This document shows positions 30,039 through 40,275 of a stretch of 64,000 bases of DNA, piece after piece. Within the stretch, counting starts at the first letter, position 1, and each line of letters begins with the position of its first letter. The notes beneath the pieces were generated by a model, which was not told the DNA's origin, did not search any database, and saw only the letters and a list, made by a program, of their open reading frames with translations. A program made the translations under genes and the position numbers. The stretch is taken from positions 27,429 through 91,428 of IMG/VR virus record IMGVR_UViG_3300007516_001784. One strand, given 5' to 3'. Origin of the DNA: a virus (taxonomy: Duplodnaviria > Caudoviricetes).

Positions 30039-33000
30039 ACTTCACTCACCTAAACGTTCACTCGAAGGCGTCGATGCTATATGGATCGGCCAACGTCAAA
30101 GACATCATCAAGTGTGTCAAAGACTTGGGGCAAACGTCCGTCGCACTAACAGACTATTCCAATCTTTTTAATGCGATTGAGTTTTACAAGCAGGCTAAGA
30201 CTGCTGGACTAAAGCCTATTCTTGGCGTTGATATTTTCTTCTGTGAGGACGCTGAGCAGCTACGTATTCAAAAGGTGCGACAAGTTTCGCATTTGATTCT
30301 GTTGGCGGAGACGGACGAAGGTTGGAAGAATATCGCGAGGATTGTTTCGGAGGCGAATAGCGAAGCTAACTATTATTACAATCCCCGTGTTGACTTTAAG
30401 TTGCTTGAAAAGTACAAAGAGGGTGTGATTTGTTTGACTGGCGGTAGTCTTGATGGTGTGATTGCAAAGCACCTGTATGATAAGCCCACTGAGGGTAGCA
30501 ATGACGTTGAGCCCGCAGCTATTTTTAAGGCCGAGGGCATGGTACGTCGCTTCTTGAAGATCTACGATCAATCTCATTTCTTCCTCGAAGTGCAATCTAC
30601 TGGCTTAGTGCAGCAAGAACAGATCAATAGTCGCTTGCGTACTATGGCACTCAAGTATGGCATTAAGACCGTGGCGACCGGCAACGTTCACTACGTTCAT
30701 CAGCATGACGCGGAGTCTCATAAGACGTTGCTAGCTATGAGCGAGAACGCTTACAGTAAGCTCACGTACACTGATTTTTCGCACGAAGAATACTACATCA
30801 AGTCTCGCGAGCAAATGCTTGCGGCTGGTCTACAAGAAGCTGAGCTTGACGTTACGAATGAGATTGCTGAGCGTTGTAACGTCACGATTGACATTAACAA
30901 GAGACGCTTACCTAAGTACGCTTTCGTGCCAGATGGCAAGACTTCTGATGAGTATTTGGTTGAGATTGCCAACGATGGTCTTTCTCGTATTCTCAAGGTT
31001 GCTGGATCAGAACAAGACTATCAGGATCGTCTCGATCGTGAATTGAATGACATTCGCGAAATGGGGTTCTCTGACTACTTCCTTATCGTTCACGACGTGA
31101 TCTCGTGGATTCACAGCAAGGAAATCTTACTCGGGCGTGGCCGTGGCTCTGCTGGTGGTAGCCTTGTGAGTTACGCCCTCGGGATTACCGACATTGATCC
31201 ACTCCAGTACGGCTTGATTTGGGAACGCTTCCTGAACAAGGGACGTGGTGGATTGCCTGACATCGACACGGACGTGCCACGTTCGAAGCGTCAGAAGGTC
31301 TTGGAGTATGTTCGTAATCGCTTCGGTGCTGGCAACGTTGCTCAGCTTGTAACCTTCAATGGTTTGCAAGCGAGAGCCGTGCTCAAGGAAGTGTTTCGTG
31401 TGTATAACATGCCGTTCGATGAGGCTAACAAGATCACCGCGTTGGTTCCTGCGAAGAACGACGAGCACGTTGCTATCAGTCTAGACGAGGCTATCGAGTC
31501 CGTCAAGGAACTCAAGGAATACGCCGAGAAGTACAAGCCATGGTTCACCATCGCTCGTGCCCTCGAAGGTTGCTACAAGTCAACCGGCTTGCACGCCGCT
31601 GCCGTTGTGATCTCGGACGTTCCGTTCGACGAGAGTGCCTATCCGTTGACTCGTTCAAAGGATGGCGATCTAATTTTCGGCTGGGACATGAACACGGTCG
31701 ATTCTTTGAATCTGCTTAAGCTGGACATCTTGGGCTTGAACACTCTTGATGACATTCAGGTGACCATGGATTTGGTTGCTGAGCGTCGCAAGATTGATAT
31801 TGCTCGTGCTTCCATGCCTTTGGATGATCCGGTTACTTATGCTATGATTGGCCAAGGGTTTACAGTTGGTGTTTTCCAGATCGAAAAGCAGCTTGGTAGA
31901 ACATGGAGCAAGAATCTGAGGCCGGAAAGTATAGAACAGCTAAGTGACTTATGTAGTATTATTCGTCCTGGTCCGCTTGACTCTGGTATGGCAACTCAAT
32001 ATCGCGACGTGAAGATGAAGGGGGCGGATCCGACCTATATTCATCCTGCTCTTGAGCCTATTCTCAAGAACACCTATTCAGGTCTTTTATATCAAGAACA
32101 GGTAATTGAGATCTGTCGTGTACTTGCTGGCATGTCTTTGATCGACGCCGACAAGGTGCGTAAGGCGATGGGCAAGAAGAAGCCCGAAGAGATGAAGAAG
32201 TGGGAGCAGGTGTTTATTACTGGGTGCAGTAAGAGTGGCATAGACCCTGACATTGCCTTGGCTATCTGGAGCTACATTGATAAGTTCGCGGGGTATGGAT
32301 TTAACAAATCTCACGGTGTCGGTTATGCTTTGATGGCGTATGAGACCGCTTATCTCAAAGCCAACTATACGGTTGAGTTCTTGTGTGCTAAGCTTTCGAA
32401 TTCAGACGGCGAAGCCGAGAAACTGAGTGGTTTGGTGTACGATGCCAAACTATTTGGTATCGAAGTCACACCGCCTCGTGTTACGCACGCAAATAAAGAC
32501 TTCGATGTGGTCACAGACAGGCATATCGCTTTCGGTCTCACAGCCCTCAAGGGTGTTGGTGTGGCCGCTGTAGGCGACATGATCAAGTTATCGAAGGGCC
32601 TCAAGACTTTCGACGAGATCATCTGGAAGTGGGCGACCACCAAGAGTAAGGTGACGAGTGCCACTATGATGGCGTTCATTAAAGGTGGAGCACTTGATGA
32701 CGTGCAAGAAAATCGCGTTCGTGGCATTTCACGTTTGAAGTTGCTTGATAATTTGACCGAGAAGGAACGCGAGACTGTGACGCAGTTGATGCAAATTGAA
32801 ACTGATGTCACTGATTGGGTGCGTTTCGTGAAATCATTGTCCGATGACAACAAGGTTGATCAGATTAAAGAGAAATATGGCGTGACAATTCCGAACGTAC
32901 GTCGTCGTGCTACAATTCGTGAGCTATTACAAGAGTACGATGCTGGCGAACTCTTTGATAGTAAGGCTCAACGCATTGCCTGGGAGCAGTTTTATCTTGG

Positions 33001-33322
33001 TATTTCACTTAGTGGTAGCGAAGCCGACATCTACAAAGCCCGCCACAAGTGCGTGGACCTAGTGAAGAACGCCTCTGCTGATATGGCTTTCGAGATTGCC
33101 GTATGTGTTGATAGCGTACGTCAAATTACAACCAAGAAGGGTGATGACATGGCCTTTGTGACGGCTCGTGACAATACCTATCAAATGGACAACATCGTCG
33201 TTTTTCCAAGAACATTTGCTCTATCTAAAGGGCTCTTGGAATCTGGCAATGTCATTCGCATTAAAGGTAAAGTTGATGATCGTGGCTCACTGATCGCTGA
33301 CGTTGTGGAAAGACTTAAATGA
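30035..33322 (+). CDS. dnaE: DNA polymerase III alpha subunit (family C)
   Basis: PHP domain (FTHLNVHS, ALTD), GRGRGSAGGSLV, PDIDTD, KLDILGL, YGFNKSH, C-terminal OB fold. Confidence 0.97.
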   Translation: MNFTHLNVHSKASMLYGSANVKDIIKCVKDLGQTSVALTDYSNLFNAIEFYKQAKTAGLKPILGVDIFFCEDAEQLRIQKVRQVSHLILLAETDEGWKNIARIVSEANSEANYYYNPRVDFKLLEKYKEGVICLTGGSLDGVIAKHLYDKPTEGSNDVEPAAIFKAEGMVRRFLKIYDQSHFFLEVQSTGLVQQEQINSRLRTMALKYGIKTVATGNVHYVHQHDAESHKTLLAMSENAYSKLTYTDFSHEEYYIKSREQMLAAGLQEAELDVTNEIAERCNVTIDINKRRLPKYAFVPDGKTSDEYLVEIANDGLSRILKVAGSEQDYQDRLDRELNDIREMGFSDYFLIVHDVISWIHSKEILLGRGRGSAGGSLVSYALGITDIDPLQYGLIWERFLNKGRGGLPDIDTDVPRSKRQKVLEYVRNRFGAGNVAQLVTFNGLQARAVLKEVFRVYNMPFDEANKITALVPAKNDEHVAISLDEAIESVKELKEYAEKYKPWFTIARALEGCYKSTGLHAAAVVISDVPFDESAYPLTRSKDGDLIFGWDMNTVDSLNLLKLDILGLNTLDDIQVTMDLVAERRKIDIARASMPLDDPVTYAMIGQGFTVGVFQIEKQLGRTWSKNLRPESIEQLSDLCSIIRPGPLDSGMATQYRDVKMKGADPTYIHPALEPILKNTYSGLLYQEQVIEICRVLAGMSLIDADKVRKAMGKKKPEEMKKWEQVFITGCSKSGIDPDIALAIWSYIDKFAGYGFNKSHGVGYALMAYETAYLKANYTVEFLCAKLSNSDGEAEKLSGLVYDAKLFGIEVTPPRVTHANKDFDVVTDRHIAFGLTALKGVGVAAVGDMIKLSKGLKTFDEIIWKWATTKSKVTSATMMAFIKGGALDDVQENRVRGISRLKLLDNLTEKERETVTQLMQIETDVTDWVRFVKSLSDDNKVDQIKEKYGVTIPNVRRRATIRELLQEYDAGELFDSKAQRIAWEQFYLGISLSGSEADIYKARHKCVDLVKNASADMAFEIAVCVDSVRQITTKKGDDMAFVTARDNTYQMDNIVVFPRTFALSKGLLESGNVIRIKGKVDDRGSLIADVVERLK

Positions 33323-33534
33323 ATTACGAATACGATTTTGAAGATATTGGTCTCACGGAAGATCAACGCAAACTTGTTGAATTGGGTATGGCAAAGGTTG
33401 AAGATCTTAATGTCATCATCAAGAAAGCAATTAACGCACGATCAAAAAACGGCTGGGAACCACTTTATCCATTCTCTGTACCGCTCATGTGGTTTAGACG
33501 AATTCCTCCCACACAAAAACGAAAAACTAAGTGA
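33319..33534 (+). CDS. Small hypothetical protein (71 aa)
   Basis: ATGA overlap with the dnaE stop; INARSKNGWEP. Confidence 0.55.
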   Translation: MNYEYDFEDIGLTEDQRKLVELGMAKVEDLNVIIKKAINARSKNGWEPLYPFSVPLMWFRRIPPTQKRKTK

Positions 33535-33582
33535 CAGTTATGTTGATTGGTGATATCATAATGATGGATAGAGGACTTAGAT

Positions 33583-34242
33583 ATGATGGTTGATGTACCT
33601 GACGACACAGTAGCACAGATTCTTGAACAGTATCATCCCTTTGTTCGCTACATTGCTAAACGTGCCTGTTGCTCATCTGCGACGCTTGATGTCAACGACT
33701 TGTATCAGGTTGGAGATATGGCTGTTTTACGAGCGGTTAAAGCATATGATCCTTCATCTGGCACTAACATCAAGTCGTTTGTTACAAGCTCCATTCGAAA
33801 CGCGATCTTTAACGAGGCGGCTCGTTTTCTTGGTGTATTGACAGTTGATTTTAGAACGACTGCCTTGGCGTCTATGGCGGCAAAATTGCACGAAAAAGGA
33901 CAAAGTGACGAAGAGATTGCAGTTGCGTTAACTAACAAGTATGGTCGCAATTTCGATGCAGATCATGCTCGCGACTTGCATATCACCTATAGTCGTAGAC
34001 ACTATACACAAGTCCAAGAAGATATCACGGTAGACGGCATTGAGAATGATTTCTCGATCAAGGATCTATTAGACAGTGTTGTAAAGGACGAGACAGATCG
34101 TATCATCCTTTATAGACGCATACTGGGGGGTCTCTCTGTAGAACAGATAGCGGCCATTCTTCATATTTCAAGAAGGGCGGTTTCCAAAAAAGAGACCTGT
34201 CTTAAGACCAGAATCAAGCGAGCCCTTGAGAACGCGACATAA
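33583..34242 (+). CDS. Phage sigma70-family RNA polymerase sigma factor
   Basis: Region 2 (DLYQVGDMAVLRAVKAYDP..IKSFV..IRNAI) and region 4 HTH (LSVEQIAAILHISRRAV). Confidence 0.85.
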   Translation: MMVDVPDDTVAQILEQYHPFVRYIAKRACCSSATLDVNDLYQVGDMAVLRAVKAYDPSSGTNIKSFVTSSIRNAIFNEAARFLGVLTVDFRTTALASMAAKLHEKGQSDEEIAVALTNKYGRNFDADHARDLHITYSRRHYTQVQEDITVDGIENDFSIKDLLDSVVKDETDRIILYRRILGGLSVEQIAAILHISRRAVSKKETCLKTRIKRALENAT

Positions 34243-36047
34243 TGTATAAGAAACGAATTCTATTTGTTGGTGAAGCTAGTTTTTTGAGTACTGGTTTTTC
34301 AACCTACTATCGTGAGTTGTTGCCTCGATTAGCCGCTACAGGCAAGTATGAAATTGCTGAGCTTGGCTCGTATGCACGTCAGGATGATCCTCGTGTACAA
34401 GAGTTTATTGCTGGTCGTTGGCGTTTTTATGGCGTGATGCCAACCACTGATGAAGAGAATCGAGTTTTTCAACAGCCAAGTCCGCACCCACGTACACGCG
34501 GACAAAACACTAATCAGTTTGGTGAACACAAGTTTGCTTACGCTCTTGTTGATTTTAAGCCGGATATCGTTATTGATATTCGTGACTGGTGGATGCTTGA
34601 ATTCCAAGAACGTAACATCTTTCGCTCATGGTACAAGTGGCTTGTAATGCCAACGGTTGACGCTGAACCTCAACAAGAAGAGTGGATTCAGTCATATGAA
34701 AACGCCAACATGGTTTTGGCGTATTCGGATTATGGCATTCATACGTTGCGTCGCCAATCTTCGCTAGCTACAAACGGCAAGCGTGCCATGAAGATTTTCC
34801 CGAAGCCGATGCGTCCTGGCGTAGACATTAACTCTTTCAAGCCAACTGACAAGAAGACGAGTCGCGAACACTGGAATTTGGCCGCTGACGTACCTATTAT
34901 TGGTACCGTTATGCGTAATCAAAGTCGCAAACTCTATCCCGATCTTATTGACGCTTTTGCGTTAATGAAGAATAAGTATAAGGGCGAGTCACAAGTTGAC
35001 AAGGCTGTATTACTCATTCATTCGTGTTGGCCAGACAACATGCATTCATATGACTATCCTCGTCACGTAGCACGCCTAGATCGTTATGAGTGGATGGCCA
35101 ATCATCATAAGGGCATTCGCGGTAGCGTCTTGCAATCTCTCTATTGTCATTCTTGTAAGCAGCCGTCTGTCACTTTTGCCGCCAACCTCTTTGGTCGTCC
35201 GGTTCAAGAAGGACGCATTAAGCTACCGTGCTGTTATTGCGGCAAGACGGACGCTTCGCCGCCGAGCACGAGTGTTGGCTTCGACCGCAACGATCTAGCT
35301 AAGCTATACAATCTGATGGATGTTTACGTTCAGTGTTCTATTTGTGAAGGCGACGGCATGCCTATTCAAGAAGCCAAGGCTTGTGGTGTCCCAGCCTTGG
35401 TTATGGATTACACCGCCATGCGAGAGAAGGGCCGTTACCCTGATTACTCTCATTTCAAGGAATCTGATATCAATGAACGTAATTATACGTGCCACAAGGG
35501 TGGTGAAGTAATTAACGTTGATAGATACTATTATGAACCTGAAACTTCATGCAAGAGGGCGTTGCCTGATATCGCTGATCTAGCACTTAAAATGCGTAAC
35601 ATGATTAAGGATCCAGTGCGTCTAGCGGCACTTAGTAACGAGGCTCGTGAATGCGTTGAAGAAAACTACAACTGGGATGAGTTGTGGCATCAGTGGGAGT
35701 ACGTGTTGGATAATGTCAAAATTTTGGATCGTGCCGATACATGGGATAGTCCCATCGCTCAGATTGACGAAGTGCGTAGCACTCCTGTTCCGGCTAACCT
35801 GAGCGATGAGGAGTTTGTGAATTGGCTATACTTGAACATTCTTAAGTATCCTTCGGTGGATACCGAAGGGGCCAAGATGTGGATCTCTCACATTCAACAG
35901 GGCGTAACACGCGATCAACTCATGCAGCAATTTGTCTCGATCGGTAATCAGCAATCAAGTGCTAGCAAGATGCGTGATCAAGTGCGACTTGAAATGAGTG
36001 ATAAGCTGTCGGCTTTGCCGACGAAGAAGTCGCAGGAGTTTGTATGA
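34242..36047 (+). CDS. GT-B (GT4-like) glycosyltransferase with Zn-finger insert and DUF4214-like C-terminal domain
   Basis: TGF, RNQSRK, LYNLMDVYV..SICEGDGMPIQEAKACGVP; CHSC/CCYC insert; EFVNWLYLNILK..D.EG..MW tail. Confidence 0.85.
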   Translation: MYKKRILFVGEASFLSTGFSTYYRELLPRLAATGKYEIAELGSYARQDDPRVQEFIAGRWRFYGVMPTTDEENRVFQQPSPHPRTRGQNTNQFGEHKFAYALVDFKPDIVIDIRDWWMLEFQERNIFRSWYKWLVMPTVDAEPQQEEWIQSYENANMVLAYSDYGIHTLRRQSSLATNGKRAMKIFPKPMRPGVDINSFKPTDKKTSREHWNLAADVPIIGTVMRNQSRKLYPDLIDAFALMKNKYKGESQVDKAVLLIHSCWPDNMHSYDYPRHVARLDRYEWMANHHKGIRGSVLQSLYCHSCKQPSVTFAANLFGRPVQEGRIKLPCCYCGKTDASPPSTSVGFDRNDLAKLYNLMDVYVQCSICEGDGMPIQEAKACGVPALVMDYTAMREKGRYPDYSHFKESDINERNYTCHKGGEVINVDRYYYEPETSCKRALPDIADLALKMRNMIKDPVRLAALSNEARECVEENYNWDELWHQWEYVLDNVKILDRADTWDSPIAQIDEVRSTPVPANLSDEEFVNWLYLNILKYPSVDTEGAKMWISHIQQGVTRDQLMQQFVSIGNQQSSASKMRDQVRLEMSDKLSALPTKKSQEFV

Positions 36048-37279
36048 AATTACTATTCACTGGCCCGCTATTGGATTTTAGTGGATTCGCTCATGCCTCA
36101 CGTATCTTTCTGCGTACGCTCTTGCAAGATGATAATATTGTCGTGACAGCACGGGCACTCAAATACGATCAGCTAGACGTTGGTCAGGCTTTCAAGCCAG
36201 ACGCTTGGCTATCCGCCGTTCTCGCAAGAGACTTGCAGGACGTTGATGTAGCCATTCAGATGACAACGTGTAATGTCGAGGCTGTACCAATTCCTGGCAT
36301 CCTGAATGGATTGTATACGTTCTTAGAAAGCAGTCATATGCAGTTGTCTTGGGTAGCCAAGGCTAATGAGTTTGACTTCTTGATGGTGCCATCTAAATCT
36401 AACGCAGAAGCGATGTTTAACTCTGGCGTGGTTAAGCCTATTGTTGTGTGCGGTCTTCCATGTGACGAAGATGTATACGCCAAGCAGTACGAGCCGTACA
36501 CTCTTGAGCACGCTGGCGACCGCACGGTGTTCTACAACATCTGTCAGTTGAGTAACAAGAAGGGGATTGACGCCCTGTTACGTGCTTATCATGCGGCCTT
36601 CTGGGACCGTCCAGACGAAGTTTTGCTTGTTCTTAAAACGTACATTCAGATGTCTGGACGGAATAATGAGCAAGAGCAAGTTAAGCAATACATTCAGAAT
36701 ATTCGTCAACGTTGCCGCATTCCTGCTGATCGTTTTCCGCCCGTGTTGCCGTTAGTATTCACAATGAGCGATGATGAGATTCATAGTCTTCATGCTCGTG
36801 GCGACGCTTACGTTTGTTCTTCTCGTGCCGAAGGATGGGGTATCCCCGTTTTTGATGCTCTTGGATATGGCAAGACAGTAATCACAAATGCCGCTGGTGG
36901 TATGGCGGATTTCGTGACTCGTGATAATGCTCTCGTATATGGTGGTATGCCAACATACTTCTTTGATACGCCTCATAGTGATCCAGGACTTTACACTGGT
37001 GTCGAACAGTGTTTCGAGCCATGTGTTCCAGAAATGGCCATGGTCATGCGTAACTTTCATTTCCTTCGCAAGGGAGACAAAGAAGGGGTGCTTGACGATT
37101 CCAATAAAGAACAATGGAGGTCTGTTTTGACGCGGCGTGAGAACGCTAAGCTTGTTGGACAGAAGCATGACTACAGACGCATTTCGTCTATAATTACGAA
37201 ACAAATTCATACGATGCTCGATATGTGGAAACAAACAGGAGTCGTGAGATTCAATGAAACCGTCCAAGAGAATAGCTAA
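36044..37279 (+). CDS. GT4-like glycosyltransferase
   Basis: SGFAHASR, KKGIDALLRAY, DAYVCSSRAEGWGIPVFDALGYG. Confidence 0.88.
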   Translation: MKLLFTGPLLDFSGFAHASRIFLRTLLQDDNIVVTARALKYDQLDVGQAFKPDAWLSAVLARDLQDVDVAIQMTTCNVEAVPIPGILNGLYTFLESSHMQLSWVAKANEFDFLMVPSKSNAEAMFNSGVVKPIVVCGLPCDEDVYAKQYEPYTLEHAGDRTVFYNICQLSNKKGIDALLRAYHAAFWDRPDEVLLVLKTYIQMSGRNNEQEQVKQYIQNIRQRCRIPADRFPPVLPLVFTMSDDEIHSLHARGDAYVCSSRAEGWGIPVFDALGYGKTVITNAAGGMADFVTRDNALVYGGMPTYFFDTPHSDPGLYTGVEQCFEPCVPEMAMVMRNFHFLRKGDKEGVLDDSNKEQWRSVLTRRENAKLVGQKHDYRRISSIITKQIHTMLDMWKQTGVVRFNETVQENS

Positions 37280-37598
37280 GTATAACCTAACAAATCGTCT
37301 TGAAAACGAGATGCGTGTTTCGTATCCGCAACGCGGTCTTAAGGCAGATTATCAAGGTAGTCGTACCGCCGCCATTCAGTTGTTTTGTTTGTCTTGCATG
37401 GGCGGCTGCCGTGCTGATGTAGTTGCCTGTACATCTAAGAGTTGTCCACTTTGGCAGTTCAGACCGGGTGGCAAAAAAGGTGTGCGTCCGCCGGGTATTC
37501 CTAGCGAGGCAGACTATAGTGAAATGATTGACGATAGTGTTAGTGATAAGCAGCGTGAAGCAGGACGTAAGCTACGTAAAGAGGATGATGTAGAATGA
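37254..37598 (+). CDS. Hypothetical Cys-motif protein
   Basis: AIQLFCLSCMGG....V..C....CPLWQFR metal-binding pattern. Confidence 0.6.
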   Translation: MKPSKRIAKYNLTNRLENEMRVSYPQRGLKADYQGSRTAAIQLFCLSCMGGCRADVVACTSKSCPLWQFRPGGKKGVRPPGIPSEADYSEMIDDSVSDKQREAGRKLRKEDDVE

Positions 37599-38704
37599 AT
37601 CAGTTTTATGAACCACAAATGAAGTCGATTGCGGAGCGAGTGAATCGCAAGCCGCGATTGGTACAGTGTATTCAGATGCTGAACGAAGAAGAGTTTGCTC
37701 CCTTGGTTCTGCGTTCGATCTATGATCAGGTAGACCGCATCCTAGTTATCGAAGGGGCGGTCGCAAACAACCCTCGATCGACGCCCGATGGGCATTCGAT
37801 CGACAAGACTCGTGAAATCCTAGCGGACTTCAAAGCGAATCACGACCCCAAGAAAAAGGTTGTTATCATCTCTATCAACAAGCATTGGAAAAACTTGGAA
37901 GAGATGAAGCAGACGTTCTTGGATATGTCCATTCCCGGTGATTGGATTTTGATCAATGACGCTGACGAGTTCTACAGGCCGCAGGACATTGAACGTCTTC
38001 GTAGTGCTATTGATCTTAATCCTGCGGCCTGTGAGTTTGTGCCGAACTTCCTACATTTCTATCGTGACTTCAATCACGTTGCTGTGCCCGGTCCTGAATG
38101 GCAACCGCAGCATCAGCGTGTTTTCAAGTACGTGCGTGGCATGAAGTACAATAGTCATCCTATCGTAACAGATCCGGCTGGTCACTGTACATATTTCTCG
38201 CCTCACTATCAGCATCGTAGAGTGATGCTGAATGACTTTTTCATTTTCCACTATGGCTATGCTCGTTCGAACATGAACGACATTATGAAAGCTAAGCAGG
38301 AATATTACGAGAAGGAACTCGCGGCACATGGTGCCGCCAACAAGAAGTTTGATCAGAAGGTTAAGGATTGGTTTTCTAAGACCGAGCCAGTATTGGAATT
38401 TACTGGACTTCATCCAAAAGTAATGCACGCACATACACTGTATGGAAAGCTAGATCCTGAGTTTGAGTGTGATCATACCAATATCCCAAAGTGGGACAGC
38501 GATCAATTCTATTCTAAGGTACTTGCTGGCGAAGAGTACGGTAACATCTGGCTCTGTATGACTCGACAGTCGCAGCCGCATATGCACCACTACCATAATG
38601 GAATGACGTTGATGTTACCGCCGGTAGATATGCCGTGTGGTAATCCGCAAGACGCCGGGTTAAATAAGCTTGGTGATTCCTGGGCTCATGTAGGATCCTG
38701 TTAA
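37595..38704 (+). CDS. GT-A (GT2-like) glycosyltransferase
   Basis: NEEEF..LRSIY..VD.ILVIEG, S.D.T, WILINDADEF, FHYGY. Confidence 0.85.
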   Translation: MNQFYEPQMKSIAERVNRKPRLVQCIQMLNEEEFAPLVLRSIYDQVDRILVIEGAVANNPRSTPDGHSIDKTREILADFKANHDPKKKVVIISINKHWKNLEEMKQTFLDMSIPGDWILINDADEFYRPQDIERLRSAIDLNPAACEFVPNFLHFYRDFNHVAVPGPEWQPQHQRVFKYVRGMKYNSHPIVTDPAGHCTYFSPHYQHRRVMLNDFFIFHYGYARSNMNDIMKAKQEYYEKELAAHGAANKKFDQKVKDWFSKTEPVLEFTGLHPKVMHAHTLYGKLDPEFECDHTNIPKWDSDQFYSKVLAGEEYGNIWLCMTRQSQPHMHHYHNGMTLMLPPVDMPCGNPQDAGLNKLGDSWAHVGSC

Positions 38705-38727
38705 GCTAGACCTGGACGGTCACAGAT

Positions 38728-39567
38728 ATGAAAATTAGTTACTTGGTGTCTACTTTTGATTCAGGTTCTTATCTTGATCGGCATATTGCCGACTTGCTTG
38801 AAAAGCAAACGGATCCCGACTTCGAGATCGTTGTTATGAATCCCGCTTCTCCTGGCACCGATGACATCATTGGTAGGAAGTGGGCCGAGCTTGACTTGCG
38901 AGTCAAGTATCTTTATTGGCCAACGCGAGAATGGTACGGTACGTCGTGGCTAAGAGCTTGGCAGAGTGCCACTGGCGATTTCGTGATCAATAGCAACACA
39001 GACGATTACCACGCACCGACTACTACTACTGAGTTTCATAAGCACATGAGCTTTGCTACCAGCGGTATGCACGCCGGTCGCAAGATTGGTTTCGGATATG
39101 CTGGCATTCATGTCATCGACGATCATGGCGTTCCACTTGGCGGTGGTATTAAGCCGCTCTTCGACTTTGAACTAATGAGTCGTGAGTGTTGGGCAGGCCC
39201 TCAAGTGTGTTGGCGGAATGATCCGGCCTTCAAGAAGTCCCTAGACTGGGACTTAATGTTCGCTCGTTCCGAACAATACCGATCGGCGTTTGATTACTGG
39301 CTATGGCTGTATTTCATGTCCCTGGGCTATCACGGTTATGTGATCCCACAGGTGCTCACGATTTACACTCAAAGACCCGATTCGATCGAGAACAGCAACA
39401 AGTCTGCGAACAATTACGAGACTTACTCGGCCATTTCCGAGTTCTTCGGTCATAATTTCAAGGGACACTTGAAGCACGCGATCGAGTTCGAAGACTTCAA
39501 GAACCTCCCACCGCGTGACGAATGGATTGCCACTATGCAAGCTGGCAAGAAATGGAAGCGATCATGA
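38728..39567 (+). CDS. GT2-like glycosyltransferase
   Basis: KISYLVSTF, FEIVV, ATGDFVINSNTDD, DYWLWL. Confidence 0.85.
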   Translation: MKISYLVSTFDSGSYLDRHIADLLEKQTDPDFEIVVMNPASPGTDDIIGRKWAELDLRVKYLYWPTREWYGTSWLRAWQSATGDFVINSNTDDYHAPTTTTEFHKHMSFATSGMHAGRKIGFGYAGIHVIDDHGVPLGGGIKPLFDFELMSRECWAGPQVCWRNDPAFKKSLDWDLMFARSEQYRSAFDYWLWLYFMSLGYHGYVIPQVLTIYTQRPDSIENSNKSANNYETYSAISEFFGHNFKGHLKHAIEFEDFKNLPPRDEWIATMQAGKKWKRS

Positions 39568-39911
39568 AGCAAGAAGTTATAGTCAAACCATGGGGTCGAG
39601 AGAGGATTCTGGAAGCTAACAACAAGTACGCTTTCAAGATTCTTGAAGTGGATCCTGGCAAGCGTTTGAGTTTACAGTACCACGAAGTGAAGTGTGAAAC
39701 AATGTACTGTCTGTATGGCAGTGGCACTCTCACTATCATCAAAGATAATACGCAACGTAAGATTACTCTATTGCCAGGGCGGTACATTACTATCTTGCCT
39801 TTCGAGATTCATCGTTTAGAAGCTAGCGAAACGTCGCCACTTGCGGTCATGGAAGCAAGCTCGCCAGAACTGGGTGATGTCGTAAGACTACAGGATGATT
39901 ATGGTCGATAA
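39564..39911 (+). CDS. Cupin, mannose-6-phosphate isomerase type II C-terminal-like
   Basis: KPWG, K.LEVDPGKRLSLQYH..K.E, HRL, DVVRLQDDYGR. Confidence 0.85.
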   Translation: MKQEVIVKPWGRERILEANNKYAFKILEVDPGKRLSLQYHEVKCETMYCLYGSGTLTIIKDNTQRKITLLPGRYITILPFEIHRLEASETSPLAVMEASSPELGDVVRLQDDYGR

Positions 39912-40275
39912 AATGATTTTCAAGAAATTGTGGTATCAGGTATTTGCTTCTAAGCTCTATCGTAGAGAGCGTGAAACACATCAACTCTTTCTAGATAAAT
40001 GTGACGAAGTACTCAAGCTTCAATGTGAAATCAATAGACTTGAGCTACCTACGTATATTGGCAGTTGGGTAGCATCACAATCCCATGCCGCGAAGCAACG
40101 TATCGTTGCTCTAGAGCATGACCTTGCGAAGATGAGTCTTGTACGCGACGCCTTGAAGCATGAAAAGGCTTACTCGCTCTTCTTAGAGGACAGTCTTATA
40201 TGTCACAACCCTGGCGAAGTATTTAACGCCCTTCCGTTTGACAAGCGGAAAGAGTATTTTGAACGAGCACAATGA
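39895..40275 (+). CDS. Hypothetical protein
   Basis: In-operon ORF overlapping both neighbours. Confidence 0.55.
   Translation: MIMVDKMIFKKLWYQVFASKLYRRERETHQLFLDKCDEVLKLQCEINRLELPTYIGSWVASQSHAAKQRIVALEHDLAKMSLVRDALKHEKAYSLFLEDSLICHNPGEVFNALPFDKRKEYFERAQ

Noticed and set aside
30035-33322. Inteins or introns in dnaE (also checked dnaB and nrdJ)
   Set aside because: Lengths are normal, the genes are uninterrupted, and no intein splice-junction or LAGLIDADG motifs were noticed
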